Shown: piece by piece, positions 40,283 through 50,845 of the stretch
Layout of the letters: each line of letters begins with the position of its first letter
Position numbering within the stretch: the stretch's first letter is position 1
DNA from: Blepharisma stoltei ATCC 30299
Lineage: Eukaryota; Protista; Ciliophora
Length of the DNA stretch: 64,000 bases
Reading direction: 5' to 3'
NCBI GenBank assembly: GCA_965603825.1
Contig: CBFDEM010000025.1
Location: forward strand, 62,001 to 126,000
Notes under the pieces: model-generated
What the model saw: the letters and a program-made list of their open reading frames with translations, nothing else
Databases searched by the model: none
What the model was told of the DNA's origin: nothing
Made by a program: the position numbers and the translations under genes

Positions 40283-43200
40283 ATGTTTGAAGACCAGCTA
40301 TTAGAAATCAATGAAACCTCTGAGATCCAAGGATTCTTAACTAAGCCAATATTTGAAAGCCGATTAAAATGTTATACCTTTGGGTTTTTTTCGAAACTTT
40401 TTAAGCTTAAATATAGTCACAAAATCAAGATAAATCATCAGCTTTTAGTCGAAATCGTAACAAACTTAATTTTGATGCTGCAGCTTATATCATTGACTTG
40501 ATACCCTAATTTTGAAGTTTCTGAATGAGAATCGTATTCTTTATATTGGAAAATGATTGGGCTGGCTAGTTATGATGAGCTTTGTTTTGAGTATGGAGCA
40601 CAAGATATTTGTTTTTATGGCACAATAGGGCTTATTGGAACTTGTATTGTTTGCTTCATAGTATTTGGAGTTTTTATATATATTGAAAAAGAGCCGCCTA
40701 ATATAGTCACAAATTTACCAAGGAAAATCAGCATGCCACTTACAACAGTCTGCTTTATTCCAAGCTTAATGATAATGCTTATGGTTTTTAAATATTCTAT
40801 TCTAACAAGGAAAGAAGTAATCGAATATGACAACTCCACACGAGATTCGCTTGACTATGGGGTTTTTGGTGGAATAGTATCTATTATTTTACTTATTTTT
40901 CTGCTATTAATTAAATTTTTTTCTGAAATATTTTCATGTGACGTGAGGCATTCAAGATCTAAAGAAAATCTTAAAGCAAGATGCTGCGCTGAAATTGATT
41001 TGACGAGGTTTGGGTTTTACGTTTTGAACTGTTTTCTATATGTATCGCTTGGGGATTATCAAACTGAATATCAAATTATTTCGTTTATTATTTCTTTTTA
41101 TATTTTGATAATTACACTCAAATTCTTGCCTTATTATAATTTTATAGAAAATTCAATCCAAGCCATAAAACTATCATCAATTTCTGGAATTTTATTAATT
41201 TTCTTATTTGGTGAACTTTTAGACAACTCGCTAATTATTTTATGAATGAATATTTTTTTCCAGCCTTTGATACTCGCTTTTGTCGTAAAATATGTCCTCC
41301 ACTTATACAGGACCCTTCACAAAAGAAGCAACGACATAAGAAATCAATTCGATTTTGAAAAAAAATTCCGCCATTTATTAGTCGACAAAAATCTTCAAGA
41401 CACAAATTATGTCCTTGATTTATTTGCAAAATTTTCTAAAGGAAAACAGTTTGGAAAATCAAAATTATTTGTGATTTGGGAATTTAATTTTTGTTTGTAT
41501 ATTATTAAAGATGAAAGACTGGCAAGAGTAAAATTAGCGAAAATAGGAGAAATTCCTTCTACTTTTGAAGGAGATGCCCAAGAGTGGAGATTATTTAATT
41601 GATTAATTGAGAGAAAATGCCAAAATTTTCCAGATACTAATTATTTGGAATATTTAACTGAACTTAGCAAAGTTAAAACCAAAGATGAAGAGCTTTGCTG
41701 CATTTTGGTAGAATTAAGAGCTGAATTCTCTTCAAGAACGCCAAAGCTTCCTAAACTTTTACACTTGGCTCATCAAAGCTACGATTATATTACTGAAATC
41801 AAAAAAGAATATAAAAGTATCGTTGAAAAATACAAAAATATTGAAGCTTTTGAGCTTTATGGAAGCTTTTTAGACAATATTCTAAGAAATCACGAAGAAG
41901 CATTAATTATTAATAGAAAAAAGCATGGGATTAATTTATATAACCTCCACTCAGAAGACAAAAAGCTTGAAAGATATGGCAAAGATATCGCAACAATCCT
42001 AATTTCTGCATCAAACACATCTCTAGGAGCCATAGTATATCTAAATGAAAAAGCTGCCCAAATTTTAAAAACTTCAGTAACTGACGCATTTGGAACTTCT
42101 TTTAATAATTTTATTATTCCTCCATACAATATATTGCATGAAGAATATTTAAAAAATTATTTTTTGCATTGCCATAGTATTGATATCCCTTATCACAAAA
42201 ATCTTCCTCTTTTGACTCTGCAAGGCCATCTCCGCGAGTGCAATATCCTGATAAAACTAACAGCTTTTCACAATCACGCTTATTTTTTATTATCATTCAA
42301 AGAAAAAATTTCAAGCCGAGAAATCGCATTAATTTCTGAAGATGGGCTAATTTATTGTCATTCAGAATTTTTCACATTGTGGGTTGACTCAGAGGTCTCA
42401 AGCGTTAGGAATAAATATATATCAAATTTATTCCCAATGCTTGACTTTAACCGTATGGAGCCTTTTGAGCCATGACTAGTCCCTTTCGAAGACAGAGAAG
42501 TGGCTATTATCCATACAATAAAGCATATGAATTCCCTTACCCTTCATTTTATTATGATTGTTCATGACGAAAAAGAAATAGAAAGGTGAAAAGACGGCCA
42601 AGACCCTGACCAGATTGAATTTTATGGAAATTCTACCATTATTGATGATACTGAAGAACCATCACAAATTATTGAAAAAAAATTAATGAGGAAACCTTCT
42701 AGGGTCAGGCACCATACAGTTAATCAATTTATAACGTCTTTATCCAAGTCTCTAAAAGAAGACTCAGAAATGCCGACACAAATCAGCAATTTTGTAGGAG
42801 AAAGCCGAGAACTTGATACTTTTGATGAAAAATCAGGCGCCACAAGTGTCAATGAAATTAACCAACTTTCGACTAGAGCACGTAATTTTTATATAGGACA
42901 CGCCCAAAGGTTAATAATATCTTCAAAGCTGAGAATAAGAGTCCTTCAATATGTGCTATTTTTTACTGTAAAAAATAATTTAGATTTTATCAGTCATTGT
43001 TACAGTTATCGCGATTTTATCTTATATGATCACTGATGTGTCCCATACAACTTCTCTGTCAATTTTTACCCATTTAGGACAATTATTATACGATTTAAGT
43101 GTTTCTTCAGACTTAGCCAGGGTTTTGCATAGAGAAGTGCAAGGGGGAGTTTATAAGCAAACACATCGTCTAGAAGAAGCCCAAGAAATGGCTGACGATT

Positions 43201-44537
43201 TAATGAGTGTCCAAAATTATATTTTTACTGATTATGACCAGTGGAATTACTGCTCTAGCTCAGAAATTGTGAGAAATCCGATCATACCAATGTGGTCTTT
43301 TGATAAAACACCTCCTGAAATAACTAAAGAAAATCTTTATAATGTGGTCGATAAGTTTATTTTCAACGTAATTGAAATTTAGTGACAAAACTTAATTTTG
43401 GCTGTTAATAAAAGTGAGGATTTTATAAAATATGTGAAGTTTATTATTATAAATAGTGCAGATTTTTCTTATGAGTATTCCAATTTGACTATGAAAGGGC
43501 TGGTGGATTGCGAAATTGACAGAGTAAATACATTTGGGACAAATATTGGGGTGCTCCTGGTTAGTGGGGTATGCATTTTAGCGCTTTTTGTGACTGTTAT
43601 AATTGGGTATATAGTGATGGCTAGTAAGTCTTATGATGATTTTTGGAATTTTATGCTGAATAACTCACAAGTGTCGTTAATAAAATTAAAACGAGAGGCA
43701 ATTGATAGACTTTTTGCGTGTCATGGGATTGATTTCAGCTCAGAAAACATAGAAAATGACCTAAGAAATATCCATAAAAGCACAAGAATAAAAACAGATA
43801 TCAATAAAAAATATATATGAAGGTTATTGATTTTTTTTGCAATAGCTGCGTCTTATTATCTTGTTGTGTATTTTTATTATCAAAAATGTGAAAGATCTAT
43901 GATTCACCGTCCAAAATTGCTAAGCAATTTTAACATAAGAAGAGCTCTACTTACTCGAGTCGGATTTTTTGCAAGAGATTTGATGATTCCTTATCTATCT
44001 CAAACTTTTCCAACTTTATATGAGTTTCCTAATTCTAACGTGATGTTTCAACAATCTATTGCGTTAATTAATGAAAAAAGCAGAGAATTGAGAAGCCAGA
44101 AATATGAAGATATAATGTCAAAAAAATTAATGAAGCAGATTTATGAGAGTTTGGATTCGAATTTTACTGGTTTGCATTATGGGACTGCAACAGCTTCAAG
44201 CTCTGCAATTTTTGACTCTTATAATATTTCTAAGCAAAAAACTGTGGATTATTTAGACATATCTAGATACGTAGATTATATTCGCGCTATACAAGCAGAA
44301 ATAGGATCTGAATTTCTTCTCGTCGACCAAAATTCAAAGGATTTAATAAACAGTCAACTAGACAATATTATTATATGTACAGTAACTTATTCAATTGCTT
44401 TATGCCTTTTATTTTTCTTTTATTATTTTCCATACTTAAATAATGAAAGAAAAAGGTTTACAAAATTATTAATTTTGCCAGTTCTTTTGCCTATGGATGA
44501 TCATAAAAAAATTAACTCTGAAGATAATAAATTATAA
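40283..44537 (+). CDS. Array copy A8, TmcB-like PAS membrane protein (~1407 aa)
   Basis: TGA=Trp. The 16-nt intron at 42968-42983 explains the frame change between the 42686 and 43026 ORFs. A 15-nt intron lies at 43368-43382. Confidence 0.85.
42968..42983 (+). other. 16-nt intron (A8 intron 1)
   Basis: gtaaaaaataatttag at the conserved site; removal restores the frame. Confidence 0.9.
43368..43382 (+). other. 15-nt intron (A8 intron 2)
   Basis: gtaattgaaatttag. Confidence 0.9.
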
Positions 44538-44574
44538 AAAATATTTTATTAATTTTTTTAAATTAGCACAGATA

Positions 44575-45570
44575 TTACACTCTAATAGGCTTGAAATTCT
44601 CAAAATTCGCAACACTTTTTTTTAAATCTAATTCTTCACGCTCTTTTTGGATTTGCTCAAACATGCTCATAATTGTATGTGTATCCTCTTCGATAATAGT
44701 TTCTTTCATTTTCAAAGTCATTTTTACTTGCTTTATTTCAGAATATTTGCTTAGGATTTCTTCTTTTTGGCTTATTCTTTCTTCTGAGCTATTTCTTGGC
44801 ATCCCTTTATTTTCCATTTCCCTTCTCATAACTGCTTTCTTTTTCATAATTTCTTCATATTCTCTGCTGGCTTTTTTCCTTATTTCCATCATCATTTTAT
44901 ACTCGTTTTTTATTTTTTCTCTTTCTTCTCTAATCCTATCAATTTTACCAGAATTTCTCCCAAAACTGGTTCTTGGGCTTTTTAAATTTGATTCTTCTGT
45001 ATCTGAATGAGTGCTTTCTTCTGTATTCGTAGCCTTTTTTATATGTTTTTTGCACGAATTGCTCTCAATTTTTAAATTCCATAGCTTTTGTTGCGTTTTT
45101 TTCTTATAAAATTTTACTTCTTCTTTTTCAAGCTCCACCTCCTGGATTAATTTTTTATAATCAACCCCAGAATTACGCATTTCTTCTGCTAGGTCTCATA
45201 TAAAGCATAATAAAACTCGTCCAGAGCCTTCTGCTAAATTTCATCAACTGGCACCTTTTTTGCGGGTTGACTGATCAATATTTATAGTAATTTTTGCTAT
45301 TTCTACATCAGAAAAGATTCTCGATTTGTGTAGGAATCGAATTTCTAAGGGAAATAAGCTTTTTGAAATAAAGGTGCAGGATTGATTTCAGTGAGGAGAA
45401 AGATGTTGTCCTGCAGCGGCTTGAGATTTCCAGATCTGCTCACCATGTCGAATTTCAGCATAAGGGCTCATTTTTCCTAATCGAACTACGTTGTTTTCAA
45501 ACTTAGCTTCAATTAAACGGATGGTTAGGTAAATAGTCTGCTGAGTCTCTTTATTCGGTATTGATATCAT
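44575..45570 (-). CDS. C2-domain plus coiled-coil protein (~331 aa)
   Basis: LTIRLIEAK...GKMSPYAEI...WKS...SPH-W-NQ is a C2 pattern. It is joined to the coiled-coil ORF 44575..45180 through four TGA=Trp codons. Confidence 0.75.
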
Positions 45571-45821
45571 TTAAACTTTTTATGCACTTTATGGAAGTGT
45601 GGAATTTTAATAAAAAATTTTTATAAAGTATGATTTTTGGGTAAATAAATATTAATCATAGAGGAAAACTAATAGGATTTGGACAAAAAAATTTTTATAC
45701 GACTCTGATGATACTTTAAAAATATGAAATGTCTGGGAATTTATTAGTAATTTTTAGACTTTTAAGGAAGAATTTTAAAAGTAAGGAAATCGCGAAAATT
45801 TAATTAAAGAATCTCTATTAT

Positions 45822-47450
45822 TTATTTATCCTTATAAATGTTTATCAAAATGCTCAGCAGTAGTCCCATGAATGCTAAAAACAACAAATTCTTATAACTC
45901 GCAAAAAATCTCAAATCAGTCGTAGGCGGCCACGTATCCACCCCTCTCATCCTATCAATTCCACACGCAATTCCTCTTACCAAAAGCAATAATATCCATA
46001 GTTCATCCGACTTCAAAGGCCGCTCCCACACATTCATTAAATATTTTTTATCAGGCGGAGCCCTCCACTTCATACTTACCAACTGTGGCTGTTGGCTTAC
46101 TCTTATCCCCATCAATGCTACAAAATGATTTTTTACCTTTACTGCTTCTCTGCAGCCTGTATTTAAAGCTTTATGTACCAAATTTTCTGCTGTAGCTTTT
46201 ACATTAGGACTATCAAAAGGATATAAAACACCTCTAGCGACCCGATATTTTGCCATTTTGCTTTCCAAAATCGGTGTCAAGCTTCCTCCTTTGCTCATTT
46301 CTTCCAAAGACCGTAAATTTATATGTGTGTGGAATAGTTTTCCTTCACTATCAGGCTTATAAAGCTTAGAAATCCTATTGAGAAGATTGATATCTCCTGA
46401 TCTGAATAGTAAATCTGAGCACAAAAGTCGTAAAAAGTACTCAAAAAGTTCAGTATAAAATAATAGATTTGTTTCTATATATTCTCCCCAGAATTCAAAT
46501 TCAGGCGACGTTTTTTGGATGACTTCGAATTTTGCTGAGACTTTGCTTGAATTTAAGTTCAAAAAATCATTAGTCAAAAAATCCTCTAAAACTAAATTTT
46601 GCTCCCAGGGTGTTAAATACCTTATCCAGACTTCTGCTAAATACGCACAATAGCTCATATAGCTTTCTCTTCATTTTAAGGCTGAATTTTTAAAAAATCA
46701 ATAATAAGAGTCCTGCAAGTTAAACAGCAAATTTGACTCAGAAATCGAATAAAGCCGGTGTTTAGCTTTAAATAAATGCTTTTCGCTCTGTAAAATATAA
46801 GTCATGATGTAGATTATCTCACAGTTGTGCCGTGATGGCATATTAGGCGGGCTCTCACAGATTGCGATGTCTTTTAAGCAGTATTCGTCGGTTAAAAATA
46901 CTAATAAACCTAATGATTTTTCGTCAAGGGAAAGCATCATTTGTGAGTAGAGAATCAAAAATGGTGAGTCGTATAAAGCGTTCAGAAATAGTGGATTTTC
47001 AGACCAGCTAATTTTTTGCCGCTGGGTGGTTTTGGTAGCTTCGTACATGAATTTAAATAAGTAATATTGCTGGGTAGGGAGAACGATAATTCCTTGGTCT
47101 AAAATGATATTTTGTGCCCTATAAAAGCTTGGCAAATCATTGATTTCTCGCTTAAAAATAATTTTTTGTATATAATTTGGCAAGTTTGCTATAGGAAACG
47201 GGTGCATATAATGCTGCGATTCATTTTTCCACAAAGCAGTGAAAAGGTTATTTTGGCTCGTTGGAAGCAAAAGTGAGATGATTTCATAAAGCATTTCTGG
47301 ATGATTAAATGATACCCAGAAGCCAAAAATTACGTCCATTTGCTCTGAAAGTTTTGTGTAAAGCTGGTCAAGTTTCTCATGATTGTTATCAAAAAGTGTG
47401 CGCTTTGTTCATTCGTGAAGACCTCTGATATTGATAAGGGCTTGTTCCAT
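45822..47450 (-). CDS. SMPD4 (sphingomyelin phosphodiesterase 4 / NET13)-like protein (~542 aa)
   Basis: ATG at 47450, TGA=Trp joins. EVWIRYLTPW, WGEYIETNLLFYTEL, RPLKSDE and DLRFFASYKNL plus a C-terminal TM resemble recalled SMPD4-family motifs. Confidence 0.65.
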
Positions 47451-47594
47451 TTTAAATGTATGAAAAATTGTTCTGAATTAAGATAAAATTAAGAAGATTT
47501 ATAAGGATTTTCAATTATTTATTAAGAGTTTTTATGAAAATAATAAAAATCTTAAAATAATGATAAATAATTAAAATTATAATTATAAGCGAAA

Positions 47595-48617
47595 ATGGGA
47601 GAAACCGCTCAGCATGTTGACCCTAAAATAGCAGTCCAAAAGCTAAAGCAGCAAAATGAAAAGCTTAAATCTGAGCTTTCTCAGCTACGAACCGCTTTAC
47701 AATCTGCTATAAATAACCAAAAACAAGCTACGATTCAAGCCAAACGTCCAAACTTCAGTTCTGAATCAGAAGATCGAGAATTCCAAGTTTTACACTCAAA
47801 AATCAAAAAACTCAAAAATGAACGTTCAGCGCTGCAGGTCCAGATCGCTGCAAACTCCGATTCCAACACCACTGAACTCGAAAATGAACTAAAATACCTC
47901 AAATCTCAGCTAAAACAAGCTGAAAACGAGCAGCAGACTTTATCAAAGGTCCAAAAAGACCAAGAATCTCATATGGAAAACATCAGCAGTGGCCAAAGTA
48001 TCATCGACAAAATTAATAGACTAAAAGAAGAAATAAAAGAAGCCAAAGACGAGTACAGAGAAGTCCTAGAAACAATGAAAACTGAAGAGGCCAAATGGCG
48101 TGAAGACCACAAAAAAATGGTCACATTGGACTCCAGGATACGAGAAGCTACTGGAAAAGCTCCAAAACCGCAAAATAAATCTGAGTCCAAGTCAAAAGAA
48201 GAAGAGGAGCTTACTGAGCTGAAAAGACGCCAAGAAGTGCTAAATAAAGCTATTGCTACTGAAGAGGCCAAAGGCAAAAGATACATAACAGAAGCCGAAG
48301 CAAATTTAAAAGTCCTGCAAGACGAAGATTTAGCATTAAAAAAGAAACTAAAAGAAAAAGAACAAGAATCCCAATTAAAAAGTTTGAAAATTAAAGAATT
48401 AAAAGGAACAGTCACAGCACTACAGAAAAAAAATAAAAGCGAAAAAGAAGAGGCAGGGATGGTTGACGAAGGAAATTATGGGAATTTAGAAGAGGCAGAA
48501 ATTGACCTATCAGGGGATAAAGGAAAGCTTTCTGAATACGACTATAGCAAAAATGAGTCAGGGGATTACGGAGAAGCTGGAAAAGAGTATTATTCAAAGC
48601 CAAAACTCCAATTTTAA
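47595..48617 (+). CDS. Coiled-coil protein (340 aa)
   Basis: Uninterrupted ORF, K/E/Q-rich heptad pattern. Confidence 0.8.
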   Translation: MGETAQHVDPKIAVQKLKQQNEKLKSELSQLRTALQSAINNQKQATIQAKRPNFSSESEDREFQVLHSKIKKLKNERSALQVQIAANSDSNTTELENELKYLKSQLKQAENEQQTLSKVQKDQESHMENISSGQSIIDKINRLKEEIKEAKDEYREVLETMKTEEAKWREDHKKMVTLDSRIREATGKAPKPQNKSESKSKEEEELTELKRRQEVLNKAIATEEAKGKRYITEAEANLKVLQDEDLALKKKLKEKEQESQLKSLKIKELKGTVTALQKKNKSEKEEAGMVDEGNYGNLEEAEIDLSGDKGKLSEYDYSKNESGDYGEAGKEYYSKPKLQF

Positions 48618-48655
48618 TAATAACAGATTGTTATAATTATTAGAAATATTCAAAA

Positions 48656-49144
48656 ATGGATAAAAAAGTTAGGGCAGCGACCAAACTTTCAGCATTGCAG
48701 CTACTCTCAGCAAATAACGTCGAAATGTTTGATAAGCTGTTAAAGACTGAAAATTTTGAAGTAAACCAAGATTTATATGGAAGCTGTGCAATTCATGAAA
48801 TCTGCAGGTATGGGTATAAAGATTTTTTGGAATATTTAATATCTAAAGGTGCTGATGTTAATAAATTAGATGGCTTAGAGAGGTCTCCTGCTATATTGTG
48901 TGTAGAGCATGGAAGATTGGATTGTCTGAAAATGCTTATTGAAAATAATGTTTTATTAGATGAGATATTTTTTAAAGCAATTGATGATACACAAATAGAA
49001 GAATTTGAAATGAAAAGTTATGTAGAAAAATATTTATATGCTAATTGGAGGTGAAAATATAGGAAAGGATTTGTATTTATTATAGCGAAAAAAGGAATTA
49101 AAATTCCTATGTCACTTGCTAAAGAAATTTCTTATTATCTTTAA
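48656..49144 (+). CDS. Small ankyrin-repeat protein (~162 aa)
   Basis: AIHEICRYG..FLEYLISKGADVNKLD...SPAILCVEHG ankyrin repeats. Reading TGA at 49052 as Trp extends the protein to TAA 49142-49144. Confidence 0.8.
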
Positions 49145-49171
49145 ATTTATATTGGTAAAAATTCTAATTTA

Positions 49172-50800
49172 TTAAAAAATAAACCCTTTGGATCTCACAA
49201 CAGAGTCTGAGTTTGTGGTGGTCATACTTTTCTTTATTAGCATTGGTGCGCTCCCAGACCTTGTAATTTTTGTTCCTTGGGAGCTATAAGTATTCATCTG
49301 TGTCCTGTCAATTTTTGCTTCTTTTCTTTTCTTTTTTTTCTTATCTTGGCCTTTTGTCACGACTTCTTCTACAGTTTTCGCTTTTTCTTCACTTTGGTTA
49401 AATCCCATGTCAGCTGAAGTTTTGATAAAATAATTAACAACAGTGCTCATTCTATACTTTGTGTTAGGCCTTCTACGATTTTTTGTTGGATCAATTTCTT
49501 CATCATTATCAAACCCTTCAAAAGGACATAAATGATTTATTTTTTCAGCTACAATTAATTCAGGCTTAGGGATCGCGGTATATTCAGTCGTAATTTCAGG
49601 GGCATCCCCAGTTGCATCAGCTGTTCTATACTTGTCTTTAGGCGCCCAGAATTTCTGCTTCATTGAAAAAAGTGTGCGGGAATTATTCTCTGGGTTTGGG
49701 TCATAACTGTCTTTAATTTTCCAGTACTCTTTTAAGGTATCAGTATAATGAGGGAGCTCTTTTCCATGCATCCCTACTCTAAGCGCTGCAAAAGTTTTCT
49801 GGTTATATGAATTCGTCTCTAATTTTCTTGCATTTTTAATCTTATTTCACGTTAAAAAGTTGTCTTCATCTGTAATTATTGATAAACGCTGCATTTCGCG
49901 TTCATTCATACGAGCTTCTCTTGATATGTGGTTATAATTTTTCTTTTCGTGCAATTCTCTAAGCTAAATATTATTTACCATTTCATGTTTTCTTAAGGCA
50001 AGCAGCTCTTTTTGAGTTTTCGAATGCGGTTTGTTATTGAAATTCATCGAGATCTCATAAGGCGACACTTTGATATCAGACGGCACTTCTAAGCTTGCAG
50101 CTGATCTCGCAATATTCCTATCAGCTAGATTTTTGAAATTTTGCGTTTTAAATCTGCATGGATTTTACATTGGATTTTCTTTATACCCTTCTGGTAGAGG
50201 TCTCAAATAATCCACCCTGATCTGGTTTTCTCCAATTTGTTCGATAGCTTGATGCCCTATAGCTCTATTTTCTGCTTTTCTTTTATCAAATAGCTCTTTT
50301 TGTGTCTTGCAGTTGCTGAAAACTTTATCTTCTCTATCAGTTGAAATTCCTCTTATAGCAGTTATATCTTCAATTCTTACTGTGGTAGTTTGAGGCTTAC
50401 GAGGCTTGGGCTGATACGCTAATAACCCCCATCGGTTTTCACTACAACGCCCTTCAGAAATCGCTTTTTCTGCATTTTCCCGTTCAGATTTGCTTAATTT
50501 CCCATCTTTGTCTACGTCAAAACGTGACGAAACATAATAGTCTTCTACACTTACATAGCCGTCCCTATCTAAATCATATGTAGGGTCTGGAATTTTTTCT
50601 TGTTTTCGCTCTTCAAATAAGTCTTTTTGGGTTTTTCCTGCTGAGAATGGAGGACTTCATCCAGGTGGAGATCGATATTTGCCGACATTATTAGCTGTAA
50701 GAGGTTTTGTAGGATAGCCACTGACGTCATAGCGTGGGACTAGGTGGATTGCAAAAGGGTTGTCCTCAGACGTGGCGTTACTTGTTTTTGGTCTTATCAT
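49172..50800 (-). CDS. EF-hand-containing protein (~532 aa)
   Basis: ATG at 50800. EF-hand-like loops DLDRDGYVSVED and DVDKDGKLSKSE. Introns at 50154-50168 and 49964-49978, TGA=Trp. Confidence 0.8.
49964..49978 (-). other. 15-nt intron
   Basis: gtaaataatatttag on the minus strand; removal deletes an in-frame TAG. Confidence 0.85.
50154..50168 (-). other. 15-nt intron
   Basis: gtaaaatccatgcag on the minus strand; removal deletes an in-frame TAA. Confidence 0.85.
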
Positions 50801-50845
50801 AGAAAAATTTAATAATTTAAGTGAGAATTTTTTTGATTAAAATTT

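Noticed and set aside
1-44537. Reading the many short ORFs as separate genes, operons, or a field of pseudogenes
   Set aside because: The breaks fall at TGA codons aligning to Trp and at 15-16 nt introns; six copies are fully open once these are applied.
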